Assembly (NCBI GenBank): GCA_963693365.1
Contig: CAVNZM010000001.1
Location: 19,414,125 to 19,478,124, forward strand
Origin: Amoebidium appalachense
Taxonomy: Eukaryota > Protista > Ichthyosporea
Direction: 5' to 3'
Length of the DNA stretch: 64,000 nt
Both the position numbers and the translations under genes were made by a program. Under the pieces are notes generated by a model, which worked only from the letters and a program-made list of their open reading frames with translations, made no database searches and was not told where the DNA came from. Below are positions 53,692-64,000 of this stretch, one piece after another (the stretch's first letter is position 1; every line of letters starts with the position of its first letter).

Positions 53692-53720
53692 AAAAAAAGA
53701 AAGAAAGAAAATAGAAAAAA
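53692..53720 (-). terminator. RNA polymerase III oligo-T terminator of tRNA-Ile
   Basis: T6 lies 3 nt after the discriminator base on the minus strand (A-run 53715-53720), with further T-runs downstream. Confidence 0.7.
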
Positions 53721-53723
53721 GTT

Positions 53724-53797
53724 TGGCCCTTACAGGGATCGAACCTGTGACCTTGGCGTTATTAGCACCACGCTCTAACCGACTGAGCTAAAAGGCC
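53724..53797 (-). tRNA. tRNA-Ile-AAT: tRNA-Ile, anticodon AAT (IAU)
   Basis: GGCCTTTTAGCTCAGTCGGTTAGAGCGTGGTGCTAATAACGCCAAGGTCACAGGTTCGATCCCTGTAAGGGCCA forms a full cloverleaf with A/B boxes, a CTAATAA anticodon loop and no intron. Confidence 0.97.
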
Positions 53798-55062
53798 GAT
53801 GTCTTACAAATGGCCCAATTTTTGTAAAGTACACATAGTTCAAGCTGCGGCTTGTATACTGTGACGAATCACTAGGCGTACGTAGTAAACAAAAAAAGAG
53901 CACCATATCCTCCTTTTAGACGTAACATGAGTACCTAAATATTTTTTTTTAGTTTTATTTTTCCGTCCATTGGGAGTTAGAAAGTGCTTAGAGAGTTTTT
54001 TTTTCCAAACTGTAGCACCAGCAGTAGGCCTACATCGATTTTCAGACCTCTTTGGTTGGTCAAATATCACGAGTATACATAGCCAGACCCAAATTTGCAC
54101 TGCCTCCTTGCTGTTAGTAAGCCAATCATATCATTCCTGCATTTCATTTAGCCAACCAATCAAGTTACGGGTGCGCAGGATGGCGTCGAGGGCGGTTAGG
54201 AAGCAGGCAGCCAATAATCCATTCAATTATGGTTTACTACACCTTGATCTTAGCATAGTTTCACCGCTTATTAATTTTTATATCATTAAAAGCTTTCTGA
54301 GAGGTTCTTTTTGTTGGCTCGTACACGCAAAAATGTGAATGCGTCACGTACATGCACAAGGCAGGAACTACATTCCAGTACGATTTGGTCAGTAGCAATG
54401 ATTGGCTATTGAAATTGTCATTACTATATTTGGATTAAGAAAACAAAGCTATCCAACCAGAAAGTAGAAGGCTTTGCTGAAAGCCGGCGACAATCTAGAA
54501 CCGAAATCGACGCCCTCAAAAAACCTCTATATATTCTTCTTTAGACACTTAAACAATACCAAATGCTCACAGAAATATCTTTAATTATTCTTTTTTGAGA
54601 TTTATTTCGTTAAACATGAATTTACAAGTCACCAGCAACTGTCTACCCCCTGAGGCACTGTGGTAGGCAGTCCACCAATCACGTAAGACATCCGGCGACG
54701 GTCCGCCGTTGTCCGAGCGAACTAAACCAGTCCACCTGCCGTAACTCTGCGCGTTTCAAGGCAGTTGTGTTCCTGCCGAGTTGTTCTTCAAATTTTTTTT
54801 CCCGTCCAAACTGTGTAAAACTTATAGCGAGATGTGTATGGCGCCTTACGATTGTTAGGAATTTGAAAGTCTGCCTTATAGGCCACCGTACACATGTAGT
54901 TTCTAAAAAAAAAGGCACGGTAGCTATAGCACTCGTGAATTGAATCAGGGCAGTGTCATCATCGGTTTTGCCAGACTTATTTATGTAGGCTCAATGCTTG
55001 AAGCTGCGTGAACTTCATATAGAGTAAGCTCGATTTTTACTGGTACGCTATTTAAGGCGGGG

Positions 55063-57888
55063 ATGGACCAGGTAACAACGACACCCACCCCTGCCGCGTC
55101 AGAGGGCCTCTCTGGTGGGGCAATCGCGGCGCTCGTAGTTGGAGTACTTGCGTTTGTGTTTATGGTGGTCATTTTAGTTCTCGTGTGGCGTAAATGGAAG
55201 CGTCTGAACAGAAACGGTGCCACGCTATGGACACCAAAGACCCCCACACACAGTAGTGGTAATGACAGCAAACTCTCGAATTTGCCATGGTTCTATCGCA
55301 AGGCTGCGGTAGCCAACAAAGGAACGGCACAAAATGCAAATGTTGAGCCCCAGATCGACAATCAGAATGCGGCCCCAGAGACTAGCATTGGCATGGAAAC
55401 AGTTCCAAACCAAACCGAAAATGTGCAAGAGGTGGAGAAGGAAAAAGAGGAAAGCACAGCAGTGAGCATTGGGGAGGAAACCGATGCCAAGTCAGTTGCA
55501 AAGTCAACCACTGATAATGAGGCCGAGGCCCAATCCACAGAGCGTACCCTCGACGCTCCCGTAGTTACTCTGGGGGCATCCTCCATGCTGCTCAACCGCA
55601 ACCACAGTCAAATCTCGTGCTATTATGACACGCAGAGTGTGGGTGCAGACACGTATCAAACCGCTCCTTCCCCTGCTGCCTCCTACTGCGATATTCCTTT
55701 CACGTCCGCCGCCCCACCAACATCCACCTCGTCAGGTACAATCGTTTCATGTCCGAGTGTTCACTCCATCTCCCGTTATGGTCCTCCCATCGAGTCGATT
55801 CCTGAGGGTGTTCCTGTCCCAGCTGACACACCGTCCACCAGTAAGCCCGCTTCCCTCTCCACCATCCCCCCTAGCACTACCACCACCACAACCACGACCA
55901 CCACAACCACGACCACAAGCACTTCACCTGTTGTGCACACAGTAGTTCCTACGGCACAAGGTTCGACCAGGGGGTCGACCACGAGTATCCAACGTTTGAC
56001 AAATGCCATTCGTCGTTTGAGTACAGGTATGCACACCTCACCAAAGTGTTGCCCCGTGTGAATGGGCTTTATGCTCTATTTCTGCTATGTAGCTCTGGCA
56101 TCCCGCAATATCTGGAGGAAAAATGGTTATGGAATTGAAGATGGTTATTGGATTGAAGCAAGGGAACGAGGGATGTGTTGTGTTGCCTGTGGGTGTGTTC
56201 GAGGAGGTGAGCAGGGTACAGACGGGGGAGGAACGAGAGGAGGAGAGAGAAACGCACTTTTATGAAGGGTATGGGGAGAGGTGTTGTTGTTGGAGGGGGG
56301 GAGATTGGGGGTGGGTGGGGGGTGGGGGTGGCGGGGGAGCCAAAAATATTGTTCTCGGAGTTGAAGTCAAGGTTCTGTGAGCTATGTGGGGAGGGTGGAC
56401 GGCATATGTGGGTCTCTCCCACTCCGTCACACACAACCACCCACCCCCTAGATTTCTTTTGAGATCCACAGACTTCCTCTAAACCCCTAACCACGGTTCC
56501 CAGAGGGTACACTCATAATACCTCCAACGCTATTTGAATTCTTGTCTCTCCTCCCCACCTCCCCCACCTCCCTCCTTCCCCCCCCCCCCCCCCCCCGGCC
56601 CTCGCCCCCTCCCCCCCCCCTTTTCGGGCACCACCACCTCCCCTCCCCCCCCCCCCCCCCCCTGCCTCCTTCTCCTTCCCAACCCTCGGCGCCCCATCGC
56701 ATCTTACTCTGCTCAGACGTGACTGCCCCCGACAAATACTTGCTCATCTGATAATCAGGCCCGCCTCACACTACCTGCTATAGTGTAGTACAAAAAACCG
56801 TTTGCTAATACACTTTAAGCTTGTTCGTAACCTCTCCCTTTTCTTCCCCTCCGTTTTTCTCTATTCTTGCAATCCTAGGATCCACATATGGTGAGCATAC
56901 ACAAGACACAACATCTACCCAACCTACATTTAAACACACACACACAAACCACTTAAACATCATGCTTGCCACACCACCAAATCCCATGGCACACCCTGCA
57001 CATCTCTACTCGTAATACCCCTCACACACTCTATACTCACGCACACACCCATGCAGGCAACGTAACAACTGGACTGGAAACGGTGACACCGATCGACCTG
57101 ACTGCTCCACGTGCGAGCACTCTCACTTCAACTGTGACCCTCGCCGGTGGATTGGGTAGTGTCGACAACATACTTTCCATGTCTGCTCGTAAATCCACCA
57201 CCAGCATCGGATTGGCAGGCCGCACGGCTTCAAGTCCGAACGTGCACGCGGCTTCCAATCGAGCAACTAGCCCATCCCCCACCCAACCGAGCGCCCTCGC
57301 TCTGTCGCACACCACATCGACAACAAGTACTGTCTCACAGACAGCCGGCAAAGTCACGACCCTCCCCGCCCCTTCACCCACTCTTCCTGTCCCCTCCGTC
57401 CCCGCTGTGTCGACTCTGTCCCTAGCCAATGGAACACGCATTGTTCCGCCGGCCGCCCCAGCACCGACCCCGGCTGTGAGCACGTTTGCCCTCAACAAAC
57501 CCACCACCCTCGGTATGCCCGCAACCGCAAAAACCCCCCCTTGCTACCACCGTCATCCCTTGGGCACCCTCCGTCAGAGTTCCCACCATCCCAGGCCGCA
57601 GCACGATCACACTGACGATCTTGGAGCAGGTGCCCAATGAGAGGGTGTGCATTGTGGGTGGCACTGCCATATTTGGCAACTGGGATCCCACCCGTGCGCC
57701 CGAGATGGTGCGTCACCCCCGTGACCCCACACTGTTTGTGCTTGTCGTCCCAACGGAGATGCTGTCCCGCTTACCCGAGTTTAAGTTTGTACGCATCGGG
57801 CAGAAGGGAGAGGTTACATGGCTACAGGGGGGAGAATTTGAAGCCCACTGATGTGAGCGCGGGAGTGCATCATTTCAAGTGGGTGTGA
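55063..57888 (+). CDS. Single-pass membrane protein with long Ser/Thr/Pro-rich region and C-terminal CBM20 starch/glycogen-binding domain (STBD1-like architecture). Exons 55063-56026 and 57057-57888, with two +1 homopolymer frameshifts at about 57537 and 57830
   Basis: TM segment AIAALVVGVLAFVFMVVILVLVW followed by RKWKR. Phase-1 donor ACAG|GTATGC matches acceptor ATGCAG|GC. CBM20 motif ERVCIVGGTAIFGNWDPTRAPEM...EFKFVR...VTWLQGEN. The frame is restored by removing one C in C7 (57534-40) and one G in G6 (57827-32). Confidence 0.65.
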
Positions 57889-58138
57889 GTGCTCTGACTC
57901 GATTCGATTGCATGGTTTGACCCGGCCCGACCACGTGACCCATCTGCGATAGTCGGCCTGAATATGGAATCACAACCTAATTATTCGTTGTTGTCTCTAC
58001 CTAATCGTTCGTTGTTTTCTCCTTTCCGTTAAATAAGCTGACTGTCGTGCCCCTAGGCTGAATACACATGCACACACGCACACATGCACCTATACATGCA
58101 TACTCACGCACATGCACACACGCGAGCACACACACACA

Positions 58139-58187
<49 letters not shown>

Positions 58188-59173
58188 CCATTTATACCGG
58201 GCACTAGCTTGTGTTTTACGACATAAGGTATATTATTTTGTAGTTTACATCGAGTATATGGACCCGAGATGATGAACAACTCTGTGCACCCCTCAGCCAA
58301 ATGCACTCTTTGCTCTTTTGGCTCACGAGTGCACCAATCGGTATTTTCACACGTGATTCGGCAATCCCTGAGAGTGTTTCGGAGATTCCTGAAAGCGTTT
58401 TTAAGTGACAATTTTTAAAATGTATATGTGATAGGATTGATACACATTACGTCTATCCCACTTTTGAAGATAGTATACACACAGCTGCAAGGGACTTGAG
58501 GCATATGATTGGTTCAAACCCTAAGTGTGTAACTTAATTTGTGCCACGTGTTTGATATTTTTCCATGTTGCTTTATTGCCAGGTGCAAATCGCAACGATG
58601 ACTCCCTTTTATTGTGTATTGAGTTTATAAATGATGTGTATTGAGTTTAGAAATTATTGTTACTAACTAAATCCATGATCACAATCCCCCCCCCCCCCCC
58701 CCCCCCATATTTCCAACCCTCTAACGCATAGATCACCCCCCCCCCCCCCCCCCGCCCCTCCTCCCTTTTCTTCTCCCCGCAATGTGCAGAGTACACAGAA
58801 CCACACAGAGGAGTGGGCGCCCACACACACCGCACACAACCCCCCCCCCCCCCCCCCCCCTCCCTCCCCCCCCCTCTTCCCCCCTTCCCAAAAAAAAACC
58901 ACCACCAGCACCACCACCAACATCACCCACCCCCCCCCCCCCAACCACCACCTCACTCGCCCATTCCCATCACACATCTACATGCAGGCAAGAATGATCT
59001 AGACCCCTCTCGTGTCGCGTAAAGATCCAAGTCAATTGAGAAAAAACCTCCACACTGCCGGTTGATGGTTTTTGTGATGTTTTCCCTCTAAGTTAGTACG
59101 TTGTTTTCTTTTTTGCCGTAGTGCACCTCGACCAACCCCCCCCCCCCCCTCCCCCTCCCCCCCCCCCTCCCCC

Positions 59174-59210
<37 letters not shown>

Positions 59211-59424
59211 GGTGGCCGGAACAGGGAAAAACCGGGGAAAAAAAGAAAAAAAGAAAGAAAAAAAAGCATCACCACCACACACATACACCAAACACAACCT
59301 ACACACCCGGTCATGTACACACAATGGGACACGGGCACACACACGCACGCACGTATGCACAGTCACGCGTGGAGACACACACAGGCACACAAACAGACAC
59401 ACGCGCCGTCCAGCGCACGCGCGG

Positions 59425-59500
<76 letters not shown>

Positions 59501-59637
59501 ACAGTCACGTCGCACACACACACACAAAAAAAAAAAAAAAATACACGCACATTCTCACCCATTGCCATTCACTTAGTGAATGCCATACCTCTACCTCAAT
59601 GGCGCATTTAATGCAGTAACTACCCAATGGCATACAC

Positions 59638-60046
59638 ATGCAGGCCTCGCACATCATGGGCGATGATGATGGGAACGAGACTGAGGCTGGGAGTCCTGTG
59701 TCACTTCCTGTGTACACGTGCCCTGTGAGTGTGACCTATGATGGTGCACGTAGTGATGGTGATGAGCCGGCATCCTAGGCAGACGCGCATGGTTCTGGAT
59801 TGCTTGTGCACACGAGCACACACACAACGGTTTGTGTGAGCATGCGTCCATATGTGCATGTGCTTTGGGTGTCTGTATATATGTGTTGCCGCTAACAGGA
59901 CCTAAATGGGGGAGAGTGTAAGCGAGAGCATGACTAATCCCATCCCTGGGCCAAGGGTTGGGCCGGGGGGGGGGGGGGGGGGGGAAGGGGGGGGGGGGGG
60001 GGGGGGGGGGGAGGTGGGGGTTTGGGGGGTTGAGGAGTTGAGGGTT

Positions 60047-60077
<31 letters not shown>

Positions 60078-62037
60078 AAGAAAAGAGTTTATTTTCCGGT
60101 TGTCCAGCGTCTAATTGAGGATTCCTCCGTGTGCCGTGCAAAATTTCTTTTTCCGGGGAAGGATTTTTTTTGAGTGGGGGGGAAGGGGGGGGGGGGAGGG
60201 GACCGGTGGGAGGGGGAGGGGTTTGAGGGGGGAGGGGGGGGGGGGGGGGGGGGGGGGGGACGAATGGATATATTTACTACACGGTAAGGAAAGACCTTAA
60301 AACAACACACTGGTATGTTCAAAACAACACAGTGTCACGTCTCCATGAGCGGCCAACAGGCTCCATGTGATGTCGGACATCATGGGTACCACGATCTCTG
60401 ACTTGGTTTGCAGCTTCTTGTGGCCTTGTGGTGTATGAGGCATTTTGCTGATGGTGCAGACCACGTAACACGGCAGATACACGATATCACCATTGGTGAC
60501 GTATTATTGGCCATCACTGCCTGAAAACTTTTTATTTCATTGCCGTGGCTCTTTCGAAGTCGGTTGTTTTGGTGGTCATGTAGCCTGTGGCTGCACGTTG
60601 CCTTCATATCCACTGGACCACTGATCAATAAATCCCAGTCAAGAGAAAAAAAAAAACTTTCATGGGAACTTTCTTTCTGTTTTACCGTAATGCAACTTGG
60701 CTCGGGCTATTTTTTCTTTCAATCTTTTCTTTCTCCTCCTAAAAGGCATCGTTTTCCATTCGTTTCTGTGACAGGTTTGGAAGTAGGTGACCGGGGCAAA
60801 ATACCTGTTGAGATAGGAGATAGGTTGGAAAAGGAAGGTCACCGTGGCCACCGTCATACTGGGTCATTCAGGTTTGTTAGGCTAGCTGTTTGCATTGTGG
60901 TCGATCGAGATATTTGCTAAGCGGAAAAATGAACACACATGCAGCCCCAGGGTACCCTTTGCACACCACCACCTACACGTGCACGTGTAGACACAAGCAC
61001 GGACCTACACCCACGAAAGATGCAGCTACACAAACAGATACCCACCTAACTCAGTCATGAGCCAACCACACACGTGGTTGCAGCCACCACACCCACCACC
61101 CCATGCCCCACCACACAGAGGGCACACGTGTGCACCTGCAAACATGAGCCACTTGCTGTCAAACCCGAACCTGAAGTGTCCAGCTCAGCCTACACCCACC
61201 CACCCAACCAGCCCCTGTGCACATGCAAGAGGGAGGTGAAGGAGGAAGTGGGCCCAGAGACCACGGCACACACGGGACAGAGGGAGAAGAGAGGATGGGT
61301 GGGCAACTCGTCGGCCAGCAGTGGCGACCAATCAGCTCATGGCCGGGCACATGCCAACACACCACACACAGAATCGTCACTCACACCAACAAATACACAG
61401 GCATCCTCAAGGACGAAGAAACGCAAAACACAGCACCATTCCCCTGGCCAATCCCTGGAGAATAAAACCAAAACAAAAAGGTGAAAGGAGACAAGGCAGA
61501 GGGTGGTGCAGCAAAAAGGACGAAAAAGTCAAGTAAGAAGGGAGACGGAACGGTTACTATGAGAAATGGTGAGCAACCGCGAAAAGGAAAAAACGGTTGT
61601 GCACGCTTTCGTGCAGGCAAGGGGAAAAACTGGAATGTGAGTATCATGGTTGTGGTTATGTTACTGATCGTTTATTTCAAACGACCATTGATGTCCGCAA
61701 ACACACAGGAGAGAACCCGTTCCCTTGCCCAAGGCCTGGCTGTGGTGACAGGTTTACGTCTAAAAACTCACTACAGCACCATGTTAGAGCGCACACGGGG
61801 GAGAAACCCTTTTCTTGCCCAGAACCGGGGTGTGGTTCAACTTTTTCACGCCGGCAGATCCTGGTGCGTCACGTCCGCAGGCATACTGGGGAGAAACCCT
61901 TCACGTGCACACACAGTGGGTGCCACTACAGCTGTGCACGTGCAGACAGCATGGCCATGCACCAGCGGGGGGAACATGCAATGGGTACCGATACCCCCTC
62001 CCCCCCTCCCCCCCCCCCCCCCCCCCAGCGCATCTAG
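59638..62037 (+). CDS. C2H2 zinc-finger transcription factor with four fingers, the first degenerate. Tentative exons 59638-59724, 61119-61480, 61617-62037
   Basis: CPRPGCGDRF...HVRAHTGEKPFSCPEPGCGSTF...HVRRHTGEKPFTCTHSGC...HQRGEH, with TGEKP linkers. The finger exon is firm. The upstream exons are inferred from splice signals and phase only. Confidence 0.75.
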
Positions 62038-63480
62038 CCTACCTTAGGTGCAGCACATAATCTCTTAGACTACAAAAGGGCAACCTGGCAAAGCACGGAC
62101 ACACACGGATGAAACCGGAAACTACTGTACCTCAATCGAAAGTGTCCCCAGCGTGTAGGCTGGGTTTCTCGGCTAAGGATTCCAAGAAATGCAGACGTTT
62201 AATTAATAGTAGGTCAGAGCTACCAGTTCGACATTATGGGCCGTGTGTTATTTGACGGTGCTACCTGTACATGTAGCACATGCCTTTCAACAACTGTTAT
62301 AACACGGGTGTCCTTAGACTAGACTCTCCAGACTTCCTATCGCGGACACAAACAGTATATACAGGGGTTGAGTCTATTAGTCTACGATTTACTGAATGAG
62401 GTTCGGATTACTTGCTGCACTTGTGGCATGAAAGTTTCCTGAGTGACCGGTATAGGCTACAGTACACAATCGCTGGTACAAGTATATTCTTTGTACAGTA
62501 AACCGTTATGAACTTGTGGGGTTGACTGTAGCATGCAGGGGAAGTTGATCCAAAACAAAGATTTGGTCACCAATGAGATCTGAAGCTCCTACATAGCCTC
62601 CTTTCATCATGCCCCCTTTTAACCCTCTTGTCCCCCTGTCCCCCCCCCCTCCCCCCCCCGAGTTTTTTTTTTTTAAGAAGCTACACTAACTTGAACAATA
62701 CCACTTGGCAATCATTGTTCCTTAATAATATCACTATTATTCGTTGTTCCATAATAATATTATCACTATTATTATAATATTACCCATATTGTCTCTGGAG
62801 GTGCCCCTTTTCCCTTATAGGAACCTTCTACTAACTAGCTCACACCGACTGTAACCTGGCTAGGGTAGCACCTGTAATGGTGCAATCAGCTAAGCTAAAA
62901 GCTATAACACACCCTTTAATTACCAGTCCTAACTACGAAGTAGTGGAGGTAAAGGCAACGAGCAGGGGGAGGGGAGGGGGAGGAGGAGGAGGAGGGGGAG
63001 GGGGAGGGGGGGGAGTACAGATGTGTAAGACGTGTTTTATTTGTCAAATGTTTAATGAAACAAGCAAAGCCCCACTGGCCAGCAGTGTAGAAGCAATGCA
63101 ACACAAAAAACTGATAGCCCATACAAAGAACCCCCCCCCCCCCCCCCCCCCCCCCCATCTCTCGACACTCACACTGACTGCTCTTTCACGAACACACCCA
63201 CCTTACTACAATATTCATCTGATCAGATGTGCACCTATTTTTCATTGGTGGTTGAGTACACATCGGAAAGCAAACACACTGTTCTATTCTATATGCAACC
63301 AATTTACATACATTCACACTAAAACTTTCCTCCATACGCACAATCAAATCCATAGCCTTCAACTGTTATAGATCACACACACCATAACTCCAAACATTCG
63401 CACCCACAATTCATCCCATATCACATACATACACTTTCGGGATGATTTTCGACGTGGTGTCTAAATTTTACTAATAAATC

Positions 63481-63609
63481 TTAAAGGTATGCCTGCCAGC
63501 CATAGTACATCAGGGCGAGGTTGTTTGGGCTTGTAGCCTCCTGGATGAGGTGGGAGACCTGACCCTCTACACTTAGGCCGACGTTTTGCTCCATTCCGTT
63601 CAGTTTTTC
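63481..63609 (-). CDS. ATM: Last exon (FATC domain) of a PIKK kinase, most like ATM/Tel1; the gene continues beyond the right edge
   Basis: EKLNGMEQNVGLSVEGQVSHLIQEATSPNNLALMYYGWQAYL* fits the FATC pattern LSV.GQV..LIQ.A..P.NL....GW. EKL.G.E is ATM-like, but ATR is not excluded. Acceptor TTCCCCTCAG. Confidence 0.8.
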   Translation of the reverse strand, partial: EKLNGMEQNVGLSVEGQVSHLIQEATSPNNLALMYYGWQAYL

Positions 63610-64000
63610 CTGAGGGGAATCAACTTGTGAGCAAAGAGGTGACCGATTTAGCAGGTGTGCAAGGATCTGCCAAGGAGCCCAAGCATAAGAGTATTGAGAA
63701 AGGAATGTGCTTGCCAATGGCATAGTTGGCTAATGACCATAGCGAAAAGTGGTGAAGGTATTTGATATGGCATGGCATACCAGACCACCTGTAGGATTTT
63801 CGAAAATGCCCGCTCAGAGCTGCCTCACTGTAAAAGGCATTTATATTCGTGGCGTGGGAATGCAAAACATGGAATGTTAACAGGTAATAAAGAGGTGTGC
63901 GAGGACGACAGACAGAGGGGGAGGGCGGGGGAAGAGGGAGAGCCTCAGAGAGAGGGAGAGAGAGAAGAGAGAGCCGGAGGAGGGAGGGGGGGGGGGGGGG

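Noticed and set aside
60297-60640. Non-repetitive island with short ORFs on both strands
   Set aside because: No recognisable protein or consistent splice chain was found. It lies within the tentative first intron of the zinc-finger gene.

Overview
Intron-rich eukaryotic genomic DNA. Gene content (CEP135, PRELID2, a DH-PH RhoGEF with acidic tyrosine motifs, an ATM-like FATC end, an animal-like tRNA-Ile) suggests a centriole-bearing holozoan or opisthokont protist; this is inference. Almost all ORFs in the supplied track are artefacts of intronic (CA)n/(GT)n, (GA)n and poly-C/G tracts. Manual GT-AG exon chaining gives eight genes: CEP135/Bld10 (minus, 29 exons, runs off the left edge), PRELID2 (minus), legumain (plus, 9 exons), a 2-TM orphan (minus), a DH-PH RhoGEF (plus, 15 exons), a TM + Ser/Thr-rich + CBM20 protein with STBD1-like architecture (plus), a C2H2 zinc-finger gene (plus) and the last exon of an ATM-like PIKK (minus). 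The window also holds tRNA-Ile(AAT), a hAT-type MITE and a PIF/Harbinger derivative with a Myb/SANT-like ORF. The strongest unexplained signal is a strand-polarised, microsatellite-based intron grammar: poly(C) right after often weak 5' splice sites, and (CA)n running into the 3' AG in place of a U-rich tract. A roughly 130-bp repeat also recurs in introns, with all clear copies in the sense orientation. Exon models are hand-built and unverified by RNA data, and homopolymer lengths may be unreliable.
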